Notes under the pieces: model-generated | The model's database searches: none | What the model was told of the DNA's origin: nothing | Seen by the model: the letters and a program-made list of their open reading frames with translations, nothing else | Assembly: GCA_021803105.1 (NCBI GenBank) | Contig: JAJZMC010000007.1 | Coordinates: forward strand, 27,794-91,793 | Direction: 5' to 3' | Origin: a bacterium | Lineage (GTDB): Bacteria; Patescibacteriota; Saccharimonadia; Saccharimonadales; UBA4665 | Length of the DNA: 64,000 nucleotides | Shown here: piece by piece, positions 47,603-55,428 of the stretch | How the letters are laid out: each line of letters begins with the position of its first letter | How positions within the stretch are numbered: position 1 is the stretch's first letter | Made by a program: the position numbers and the translations under genes

Positions 47603-47748
47603 TATATTAAGAATTAATAGTCTATTTATTGCTAATTAACAAAGAAAAAATGGCTTAAAACCTACATGAAATTATTGATTAGTTTATATTATCAATATCT
47701 TGAATTGTTATTTTATGGTATTAAATACAGTAAAAGGGGTATATAAAA

Positions 47749-47825
47749 TGGTCGGGATGACAGGACTTGAACCTGCGACCTCACGGCCCCCAGCCGTACG
47801 CGCTAGCCAACTGCGCCACACCCCG
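47749..47825 (-). tRNA. tRNA-Pro (anticodon GGG), CCA encoded
   Basis: The reverse complement reads CGGGGTGTGGCGCAGTTGGCTAGCGCGTACGGCTGGGGGCCGTGAGGTCGCAGGTTCAAGTCCTGTCATCCCGACCA. The acceptor pairs CGGGGTG with CATCCCG. The anticodon loop is CTGGGGG. The T arm is GCAGG-TTCAAGT-CCTGT. Confidence 0.9.
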
Positions 47826-47977
47826 TTTAATTATTGTAACAGATTATAAAAATCCTAAATAATATTTATGGTAGCTTTGGTTATTAAAAATTATATAGTA
47901 CTGATTTATTGTTTATTGAATAGTTTAGTGAAATTAAATAGCTGAATCATAAGAGTATATGATAAGATAAAATAATA

Positions 47978-48679
47978 ATGTGGCAAAAAACAAAACATGG
48001 TTTATATCGTCAATTTAATTTTAAAGATTTTAATAGTGCTTTAGATTTTATTAATCAATTAGGCATTATAGCTAATAAGTTTAATCATTATCCTAGGTTT
48101 GAAAATGAATGGAACGTTGTACAGGTTTGGTTAATTACACACGAAGAAAAAAATAATATTAGTCAGATTGATGAAGATATAGCTAAAGCAATCGATTTAA
48201 TTGTCGAAAACAAGAAACAAGATCTAAATATTAAAGCAGATATTACTATTAAAGACCATAATATTAATAAAGAGGTTAAATTATTTGCTGATGGTGGATC
48301 AAGGGGTAATCCAGGACCTTCTGCGAGTGGATTCGTTATCTTAAAAAATGATAGCGAAGAAGTGATAGTAGATAAAGGTGTTTATTTAGGTATAACAACT
48401 AATAATCAAGCTGAATATACCGCTTTAAAACTTGGTCTAGAAGAGTGTTATAAACTTCAATGTCAAACTGTGCATGTTTTTATGGATAGTTTACTTGTTA
48501 TCAATCAGATGAAAGGAATATATAAAATTAAAAATCGTGATTTATGGCCGATTCATAATGCTATTTTAGGGCTAGTTAATAAATTTAATCATGTTTACTT
48601 TCAGCATGTTCCTAGAGAGTTTAATAAATTAGCAGATGCAGCAGTTAATAGAGCATTGGACGAGAACATAAATCATTAA
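47978..48679 (+). CDS. fusion protein: pterin-4a-carbinolamine dehydratase (PCD/DCoH)-like domain + RNase H (type 1) domain
   Basis: The N-terminal ~90 aa read FNFKDFNSALDFINQLGIIANKFNHYPRFENEWNVVQVWLITHE, the PCD pattern with HYP in place of HHP. The C-terminal ~135 aa read LFADGGSRGNPGPSASGFVI...TNNQAEYTALKLGLEE...VFMDSLLVINQ...REFNKLADAAVN, which carries the RNase H D-E-D-D catalytic pattern. Confidence 0.75.
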   Translation: MWQKTKHGLYRQFNFKDFNSALDFINQLGIIANKFNHYPRFENEWNVVQVWLITHEEKNNISQIDEDIAKAIDLIVENKKQDLNIKADITIKDHNINKEVKLFADGGSRGNPGPSASGFVILKNDSEEVIVDKGVYLGITTNNQAEYTALKLGLEECYKLQCQTVHVFMDSLLVINQMKGIYKIKNRDLWPIHNAILGLVNKFNHVYFQHVPREFNKLADAAVNRALDENINH

Positions 48680-48707
48680 ATTAAGAAAGTATTGTATAAT
48701 AAACATT

Positions 48708-49064
48708 GCCAGATTATTGACCGATCGCGTACTTTTAAATACGAGGAAAGTCCGGGCAGCAAAGAGAGTGATAGTCGTTAACGACGACCAGATGTGAATC
48801 TAGGGAAAGTGCCACAGAGACAATACTATCGTTATTTTGACGGTAAAGGTGAAAAGAGCGGTGTAAAAGACCGTAGTTTATATTGGTGACATTATAAAGA
48901 GGTAAACCCTATCAGCTGCAAGGAGATAAGTTTTAAGTTTTTACTTTAGTTTCTCGCTAAACTTATCGATTTATCCGCTTGAATTTATGAGTAATTATAA
49001 ATCTAGATAGATGATCGGTAATCTTATTTTAAGATTACAGAACCCGGCTTATAGATAATCTGGC
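48708..49064 (+). ncRNA. rnpB: RNase P RNA (bacterial type A)
   Basis: The universally conserved P4 strands GAGGAAAGTCCGGGC (~48744) and ACAGAACCCGGCTTA (~49038) are present. The terminal P1 pairs GCCAGATTAT (48708-48717) with ATAATCTGGC (49055-49064). AGGGAAAGTGCCACAGA is also conserved. Confidence 0.92.
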
Positions 49065-49069
49065 TATTA

Positions 49070-49417
49070 TTATTTTTGTTTTGCAGAATTAACAATAGCT
49101 GTAAATGCTTTTGGTTCATTAACGGCTAATTCAGCAAGTATTTTTCTATCTAAGATAATATTTGATGATTTAAGATTAGCAATCAATTTTGAATAAGTCG
49201 TAGCATTTAATCTTGCTGCAGCATTAATTCGTGTATTCCAAAGTTGTCTAAATGTTCTTTTACGATTTTTTCTATCTCTAGTTGCAAATTGTAATCCTTT
49301 TGTTACTGCTTGTCTTCCACGTTTAATACTAGCACGATTAGAATGAGTCATACCTTTTGTGGCTTTTCTTATTTTTGTGTGCCTTTTATGGCTTGTGACA
49401 CCTCGTTTTACTCTCAT
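49070..49417 (-). CDS. rplT: 50S ribosomal protein L20
   Basis: It is 115 aa. MRVKRGVTSHKRHTKI...RDRKNRKRTFRQLWNTRINAAAR is the L20 signature. Confidence 0.96.
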   Translation of the reverse strand: MRVKRGVTSHKRHTKIRKATKGMTHSNRASIKRGRQAVTKGLQFATRDRKNRKRTFRQLWNTRINAAARLNATTYSKLIANLKSSNIILDRKILAELAVNEPKAFTAIVNSAKQK

Positions 49418-49441
49418 TTTATTGTCTCCTTAATGATAGAT

Positions 49442-49636
49442 TTATATAGCTAATTTTTTTCTAATAGTTTTAGCGGTTTTTCCTTTATATGTTTTAAGAC
49501 CTGTCAATGATCTTTTTCTTGAACCAGATTTTTTTTGTAAAAAATGATTTAAATTTGGATGACCAATTCTTATCTTACCATTTTTAGATACTCTGACCCT
49601 ATCTTTAGTGCCACTGTGAGTTTTTAGTTTTGGCAT
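49442..49636 (-). CDS. rpmI: 50S ribosomal protein L35
   Basis: It is 64 aa. MPKLKTHSGTKDRVRVSKNGKI matches L35, and it sits between infC and rplT. Confidence 0.93.
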   Translation of the reverse strand: MPKLKTHSGTKDRVRVSKNGKIRIGHPNLNHFLQKKSGSRKRSLTGLKTYKGKTAKTIRKKLAI

Positions 49637-49651
49637 AATAATCTCCTCATA

Positions 49652-50188
49652 TTATTTTTCAATTTGTTCAATAGGTTTAATGTTACTAGCTCTAATAACG
49701 AAGTTCAATTGCTTACCAGTTAGTTGTGGTTGTTGATCAATAATTATTTTATCAGACAATATAGTAATTATTTTATTTGCTAGCTGGAAACCGATGTCTT
49801 TATGAGCTTGTTCTCTACCTTTATATACTAAAGTGATTTTAACTTTATGACCGATATTTAAAAACTTTTCAACTTTTTTAAGTTTTATCATTAGATCATT
49901 ATCACTAATTTTTAAGCCGAGCCTCATTTGTTTTATATCTAGTGTTTTTGTATTTTTACGATTTTTTTGTTGAGTTTTTGTTTTTTGATAATTAAACTTA
50001 CCCCAATTAATAATTTTAGCAACTGGTGGTTTAGCATCCGGAGAAATCTCAACTAAATCTAGCTCTTTTTGCCTTGCAATGTTAAGTGCTTCTTCTTTAG
50101 AAAGGATTCCTAATTGATGACCATCTTCATCTATTACTCGCAACTGAGATGCTCGAATTTCTTGATTCAAGCGGTTGTATTTAGCTAT
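49652..50188 (-). CDS. infC: translation initiation factor IF-3, probably starting at a non-canonical ATA codon
   Basis: NQEIRASQLRVIDEDGHQLGI...ELDLVEISPDAKPPVAKIINWGKFNYQ is the IF-3 pattern. The track start is TTG at 50170, which has no RBS. An in-frame ATA at 50188-50186 lies 8 nt after GGAG, with an in-frame TAA just upstream. Use of a rare start codon is a known infC feature (AUU in E. coli). Confidence 0.9.
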   Translation of the reverse strand: MAKYNRLNQEIRASQLRVIDEDGHQLGILSKEEALNIARQKELDLVEISPDAKPPVAKIINWGKFNYQKTKTQQKNRKNTKTLDIKQMRLGLKISDNDLMIKLKKVEKFLNIGHKVKITLVYKGREQAHKDIGFQLANKIITILSDKIIIDQQPQLTGKQLNFVIRASNIKPIEQIEK

Positions 50189-50524
50189 TTCAAGGTCTCC
50201 TTAATAATTATCTTTCAGATAACATTTTAACAGGTTAACTTTAATTTTACAACAGGGTTTTTAGTTTTTAGTTTAATAATTAAAATCAAAATTATTTTGA
50301 TAACTTAGATAGTTTTGTCTGAAGCTTTTATTTAAAAATGTCCTGATTTTATTATCAGGACATTTTAAGTTTTAAGTTTGATGGTTTATTTTAGTTTCTT
50401 TTTAGTTTTTCTTCTTGGAACAACGGCTTGCGAGAAGCCGTTGTTTTAACTGTCTTTTTGTTTTTGAGTACTTAATTTATTCAAGTACTATCTTCATCTT
50501 ATAAAATACTAAAAAGGTCGTCAA
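50189..50524 (-). promoter_or_regulatory. infC-rpmI-rplT promoter plus a ~300-nt hairpin-rich leader (candidate L20-type attenuator)
   Basis: On the minus strand: TTGACG (50524-50519), 17 nt, then TAAGAT (50501-50496). Three hairpins follow. The first is AGTACTT/AAGTACT (50467-50489). The second is an 11-bp stem, AACAACGGCTT/AAGCCGTTGTT (50419-50445). The third is a perfect 13-bp stem, AAAATGTCCTGAT/ATCAGGACATTTT (50335-50366), followed on the minus strand by TTTTTAAAT, which makes it terminator-like. Confidence 0.4.
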
Positions 50525-50764
50525 TAACAATTATGGTTATTTTATAAAAAAGCTGTGCATAACTCATGTATATTTTTTTACTATCTTGTTTTTTTACTGC
50601 AATGTTTTAGATATTTTAACAATAAAATAAATATATACAGACCATAAGGATGATACTCAATTACAAAGTACTTTATAGATAATAGTAATATTATTATGCT
50701 AGTTATATTTTTTTATTTTTGAGGTTGTTATTTATGATTAATAGTGCGATAGTATCAGTCAGTC

Positions 50765-50793
50765 TTGACTATTTTAAGGTTAGGTGCTATATT
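50765..50793 (+). promoter_or_regulatory. near-consensus sigma70-type promoter for the 51009-54829 operon
   Basis: TTGACT (50765-50770), an exactly 17-nt spacer, then TATATT (50788-50793). It lies about 215 nt upstream of the first start codon. Confidence 0.5.
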
Positions 50794-50914
50794 AGAAAAG
50801 TAAGTTCAAAAACAAAAATATTAATTTAAAAAAACTTACTCTATGCATAATTTGTGATATGCAAATGTCGCTCTGAGGATGCCTTACAGTATTTTTAGAG
50901 CGGTCAGTCAGTCG

Positions 50915-50974
50915 AGGACGATAAGCGCTGTTTATTTTATATTTTGAGCGGATTTATCGTCCCGATTTTATTTT
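50915..50974 (+). terminator. terminator-like hairpin inside the 5' leader of the 51009 operon (possible attenuator or riboswitch expression platform)
   Basis: GGACGATAA (50915-50923) pairs with TTATCGTCC (50953-50961), extended by CGCT/AGCG. CGATTTTATTTT follows. An upstream CGCTCT...AGAGCG helix (50868-50901) shares sequence with the terminator arms, which allows alternative pairing. Confidence 0.4.
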
Positions 50975-51008
50975 AAGTTAGGATATCGGTTATACTTCAA
51001 AGTGGATT

Positions 51009-51398
51009 ATGTTTGAGGTTAAAAAATATATAAAAAAATATCGTTTAATTAAGTTTCTGTTATTAGTAATATCAGAAATTATTTTTTTTAGTACCATTAA
51101 TCCATATAGTAGTCAAACAATCGTATTAGTGATTGGCGTAGCATTTGTTGTAGTGGATTATTATTTGCTTGTTAATTATATTGTGAGCTATTTAGCTAAA
51201 ATTTATAAAGTTATTTTTAATCAAAAAAAGAGAATAGTTTTATTTTTAACCGTAATAGGGAGTTTATTTATCATTTTAAAATCGTTGGGACAGTTGAGTA
51301 TTAATGATGTTTTAGTAATTATTTTATTATCAATAATAGGGTACAGTTATAGTTGGTATGCCTCTGATCAAAAAAAGAGAATAAAAAAGAATTTTTAA
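51009..51398 (+). CDS. small polytopic membrane protein (4 predicted TM helices)
   Basis: It is 129 aa, almost entirely hydrophobic, with a basic C-terminus (QKKRIKKNF). It is the first gene of the operon. Confidence 0.6.
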   Translation: MFEVKKYIKKYRLIKFLLLVISEIIFFSTINPYSSQTIVLVIGVAFVVVDYYLLVNYIVSYLAKIYKVIFNQKKRIVLFLTVIGSLFIILKSLGQLSINDVLVIILLSIIGYSYSWYASDQKKRIKKNF

Positions 51399-51428
51399 CT
51401 ATAGTTTTTTAAAGATATAATTATATTT

Positions 51429-51809
51429 ATGGATAATCAGCAAATACTTAAAGATGATCTAACGTTACCAACACCTCAAAGTAACGATATGATGGTTGAT
51501 GATAATAATACTTCTTCTCCAACAAAAGTTGTTAACTCAGCATCAGAGCAAGATAATAGTTCACAAGTTAATAGATCTAATTCTAATGACGTAATTTCTG
51601 ATAGTCCTATTTCTGTTAATCAAGATCAATCTATTGTTAACCAAATTTCAATAGAAGATAATGATTTAATAGACAAAGAATGGATTAATAGAGTAAAAAA
51701 TATTATTGAAGCTACTAGAGGTAATCCTTATAAACAATCGCAAGAAATAAATGCTTTAAAGGCAGAATTTATACTAAAGAAGTATAATAAAGTTATTAAG
51801 GTAGAATAA
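51429..51809 (+). CDS. hypothetical protein (polar low-complexity N-terminal half, helical C-terminal half)
   Basis: It is 126 aa. Its stop lies 2 nt before the ATPase start, which implies co-translation. Confidence 0.5.
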   Translation: MDNQQILKDDLTLPTPQSNDMMVDDNNTSSPTKVVNSASEQDNSSQVNRSNSNDVISDSPISVNQDQSIVNQISIEDNDLIDKEWINRVKNIIEATRGNPYKQSQEINALKAEFILKKYNKVIKVE

Positions 51810-51811
51810 TT

Positions 51812-54800
51812 ATGCAAGTAGCTATGTATGTTATTGGTGTTTTGCTAGTGATAGTGGTTATAGCTGGTTTTATAATATTTTTACAATCAAGAAAAATATT
51901 TAGAGAACAAAAAAATCTTGAAAGAGGTCTTAAGACTATTTCATTATATATTCATTTACCACCTCCGAGTGATGATATAGAGGTTAATGGTAGAGATATA
52001 AGAGACGTAACTCAAGAAACTATTTCTAAGGCTGAAATAATTTATAGTATATTGGCAAGTACCGTAAAAAAGGGTTTCAAAACAAATTATTACGGTCAAC
52101 GCCATTTTTCTTTTGAAATTGTTGGAACTAAAGGATATGTTTATTTTTATGCCAGTGTCCCAATCTCACTAATCGAGGTGGTAAAGCAAGCAATAAGTAG
52201 TGCTTATCCGACGGCTCGCTTGGAAGAAATTTCTGACCATAACATATTTAGTCAGATAGGTAAGTCTACCGGTACTTTAGGTGGTGAACTTGAACTTAAG
52301 GAATCTTTTGCTTTCCCAATAGCAACTTATCAGGAACTTAAACGTGATTCAATGTCATCTTTACTTAATGCTTTATCAACTTTAAATAAAGAAGATGGTG
52401 CTTCTATTCAGTTTTTAATTCGTCCAGCTAATAGTTCTTGGACAAAAACTGCTCATAGTTTATCTAGTAAAAAAAGAAAGGGAACTGATAAAAAAACTGG
52501 TTTTACTGATTATTTAAAATTAATAATACTAGCTTTTTCTAAATCACCAACAGAACAAAAAAATAATGCTGATGATAAACCTAATCTATCTAGCCTAGAT
52601 CAATCGATAGTTGATGCTATTGATGATAAAACTAAAAATCCAGGGTTTGAAACTTTAATTAGGATAGTGGTATCAAGTAATGTTTCTCAACGATCACAGG
52701 AGATATTGAACAATATAATAGCTACTTTTTCGCTATATAATGCTCCATCAAAGAATGGTTTTAAGTATTTACCGGCCAATGATATTGAAACTTTGATTAC
52801 TAGTTATATTTTGAGACTATTTCCTCAAGCTAAAAATAAAATGATTTTAAATTCAGTTGAGCTGGCAACCTTATTTCATTTTCCTGATCAAAGAAGTATT
52901 CCTACTTCACAATTAACAAGACAAACTTCACGACAAGTAGATGGACCACCGAATGTACCGGACAATGGTTTATTGCTTGGCTATAATGAGTTTAGAGGAG
53001 TTAAAAAACCCATCAGATTAGAACTTTCAGATAGACAGAGACATCTGTATGCTGTTGGACAAACTGGTGTTGGTAAATCTACTTTTTTAGAAAATTTAGC
53101 TTTGCAGGATATGATTAACGGAGATGGTTTCGCTTTTGTTGATCCTCATGGTGATACAGTAGAAAAATTATTAGCAATGACACCAGCTGAACGAGCTGAG
53201 GATATTATTTACTTTTCTCCGGCTGATATGGACTATCCTATGGGTTTGAATTTGTTTGAGTACAGTAATCCTGATCAAAAAGATTTTTTGATTCAAGAAG
53301 CCTTAAATATGCTTTATAAGCTATATGATCCTAATCACACTGGAATTATGGGACCTCGTTATGAAAATTTATTTAGAATGGCTGCTTTAACTATTATGGC
53401 TGATCCTGCTGGTGGTACTTTTGTTGATATACCTAAACTTTTTAGAGATCCTAAATTCGTTGAACAAAAACTTCAATACGTAACTGACACTAATGTACTT
53501 GATTTTTGGCGAAAAGAAATGCCAGCTTCTCAGAGGTCGAATGATTTTGGTGAAGTTGTTGCTTGGTTTGTTAGTAAATTCGGTGCATTTTTAAGTAATG
53601 ATATGATGCGAAATATTATTGGACAAACCAAGAGTTCTTTTAATATGCGTGAGATTATGGATAATAAAAAGATTTTATTAGTTAATTTAAGCAAAGGTCG
53701 TTTAGGGGATTTAAATTCAAAGTTACTTGGTATGATTTTTGTTATGAAGTTTCAGGTAGCTGCTATGAGTAGGACAGATATCCCAGAAAAAGAAAGAACA
53801 GATTTTTGTTTATTTGTTGATGAGTTTCAAAATTTTTCTACGGATAGTTTTGCTACTATTATGTCTGAAGCTAGAAAATTTCATTTAAATTTGATCGTAG
53901 CCAATCAGTTTACAACACAGTTAACAGAAGAAATTAGGGATGCAGTTTTCGGTAATATTGGAACGATTGTAGCTTTTAGAATCGGTCAGAACGACGTTGA
54001 AATACTTACAAGATATTTTCAGCCAATATTTAATGGAGATGATCTATTAAGGATACCAAATTATAATACAATAGTTAGGACACTTATTAATGGTGTTCCT
54101 ACTCAACCCTTTAGTATGGCTGCTTTACCGACTTTAGGTACACCCAATGAACGCTTAGCAGAGGCGTTAAAACAATTATCTGCAATAAAATACGGTAGAG
54201 TACGTAATATTGTTGAAAAAGAGATTGTAAAGAGAATGAGCGTGTCACAACCACCTGTTATGTCATCAACTAGACAGACTATAGGTAATGATTTTTCTGA
54301 TATTGCTAAACAATGGGGTCAAAATAGTGGGTTATCTGATAATCAATTACAACAACAGTTATCTGGTAATAATGAACCTGTTTCACCACCAGCTATCGGT
54401 CAAGTAAAATCATCATTTATAGATGATTGGTTAGCTAAGAGGAAAAAGTCCATGTTAAATTCTAATACTAACCCAATGGTTAATAGTGTTACTCCGATGT
54501 CATCACCATTTGATTTAGAAGATAAAAATATGATGGATATGAATTTTAATAAATCACAAGATATACCACAAACGAATCATACTAATCAGGAAAATGAGTT
54601 TAAGATTAAAAGAGATAATAATTTGACTTCTACTCAAAATATTTCTAGTGATGAATTACAAAAAGTTGAAATTGATCAAATAGCTTCAGTTTTAAAGGAA
54701 GATTTAAATATTAATAAAAATGATACATCTGTTGATAATGTATCAACAAACGTAGATAGCGAGATAAAAGATGATAACAGTGAGATTAGCATAGACCAGA

Positions 54801-54829
54801 ATGGTAATTTAGTGGTTAAGGATAAATAA
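51812..54829 (+). CDS. VirD4/TraD(TrwB)-like coupling-protein-like P-loop ATPase with a long polar C-terminal extension
   Basis: It is 1005 aa with one N-terminal TM helix. Walker A is GQTGVGKST, followed by AFVDPHGD, and Walker B is CLFVDEFQNF, followed by MSEARKFHLNLIVANQ and GNIGTIVAFRIG. The last ~230 aa are N/Q/S/D-rich. Confidence 0.72.
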   Translation: MQVAMYVIGVLLVIVVIAGFIIFLQSRKIFREQKNLERGLKTISLYIHLPPPSDDIEVNGRDIRDVTQETISKAEIIYSILASTVKKGFKTNYYGQRHFSFEIVGTKGYVYFYASVPISLIEVVKQAISSAYPTARLEEISDHNIFSQIGKSTGTLGGELELKESFAFPIATYQELKRDSMSSLLNALSTLNKEDGASIQFLIRPANSSWTKTAHSLSSKKRKGTDKKTGFTDYLKLIILAFSKSPTEQKNNADDKPNLSSLDQSIVDAIDDKTKNPGFETLIRIVVSSNVSQRSQEILNNIIATFSLYNAPSKNGFKYLPANDIETLITSYILRLFPQAKNKMILNSVELATLFHFPDQRSIPTSQLTRQTSRQVDGPPNVPDNGLLLGYNEFRGVKKPIRLELSDRQRHLYAVGQTGVGKSTFLENLALQDMINGDGFAFVDPHGDTVEKLLAMTPAERAEDIIYFSPADMDYPMGLNLFEYSNPDQKDFLIQEALNMLYKLYDPNHTGIMGPRYENLFRMAALTIMADPAGGTFVDIPKLFRDPKFVEQKLQYVTDTNVLDFWRKEMPASQRSNDFGEVVAWFVSKFGAFLSNDMMRNIIGQTKSSFNMREIMDNKKILLVNLSKGRLGDLNSKLLGMIFVMKFQVAAMSRTDIPEKERTDFCLFVDEFQNFSTDSFATIMSEARKFHLNLIVANQFTTQLTEEIRDAVFGNIGTIVAFRIGQNDVEILTRYFQPIFNGDDLLRIPNYNTIVRTLINGVPTQPFSMAALPTLGTPNERLAEALKQLSAIKYGRVRNIVEKEIVKRMSVSQPPVMSSTRQTIGNDFSDIAKQWGQNSGLSDNQLQQQLSGNNEPVSPPAIGQVKSSFIDDWLAKRKKSMLNSNTNPMVNSVTPMSSPFDLEDKNMMDMNFNKSQDIPQTNHTNQENEFKIKRDNNLTSTQNISSDELQKVEIDQIASVLKEDLNINKNDTSVDNVSTNVDSEIKDDNSEISIDQNGNLVVKDK

Positions 54830-54832
54830 TAG

Positions 54833-55411
54833 TTAAATTTTTTTGAATAATCTAATTATTAGTTCAATTAGTAGTCCAAGAATAAAACCACCTATAAAGA
54901 AAATGAAAAACCAAATAAAATTGTATGTGATACCAACATACTTTACAAATATTAGATAACTTAAACTACCAATAAATGCTAAGATTGCTCCTCCTAGTAC
55001 ACCGGATGGTCTAGCTATTGTTGTGCTTGTTTTATCACTGACCTGATCTATTATTGGTTGATGTATGATTTTACTAAGATTTCTATCAACTATTGGTAAA
55101 CGGTGTCTGATATTATTAAATATTTGTTTAGTTGATATATTAACTAGGTTTTGATCTACATAACGATTTTCTTGTAGTTTTTCTTGTTTAAAAGCATCGA
55201 GTTCATTCTCATTATTGTTAGTTTCTTCTTTAATAATTTCACGAGTTTCTTCTAGCTTTTCATTTTCTAGATTAGTTTCGTTAGATAGATTAGCAGTTTC
55301 ATTTTCTAGCGCATGTGTTTTTTCTATTTGTTCAGAGGTTGGTAAAAGTAATTCTTTTTCTCCTTCTGGTAATTTAAGTTCTTCTGGTATATTTAATTGT
55401 TCTGCTGACAT
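54833..55411 (-). CDS. hypothetical protein: acidic coiled-coil N-terminus with two C-terminal TM helices
   Basis: It is 192 aa with an E/N/L-rich N-terminal half. The C-terminus reads GGAILAFIGSLSYLIFV...FIWFFIFFIGGFILGLLIELII. It is convergent with the ATPase gene, with only 3 nt between the stops. Confidence 0.5.
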   Translation of the reverse strand: MSAEQLNIPEELKLPEGEKELLLPTSEQIEKTHALENETANLSNETNLENEKLEETREIIKEETNNNENELDAFKQEKLQENRYVDQNLVNISTKQIFNNIRHRLPIVDRNLSKIIHQPIIDQVSDKTSTTIARPSGVLGGAILAFIGSLSYLIFVKYVGITYNFIWFFIFFIGGFILGLLIELIIRLFKKI

Positions 55412-55428
55412 TTTATTATTTCTCTTTT

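Noticed and set aside
50335-50366. A 13-bp perfect palindrome, AAAATGTCCTGAT/ATCAGGACATTTT, shares the AAATGTCC core with the IS subterminal repeats, which could indicate a MITE or solo-IR remnant
   Set aside because: An 8-mer of this composition is expected about twice by chance in 64 kb on both strands. The IS terminal TGT ends and second repeat copy are absent. The hairpin is well explained as a terminator or attenuator in the infC leader.
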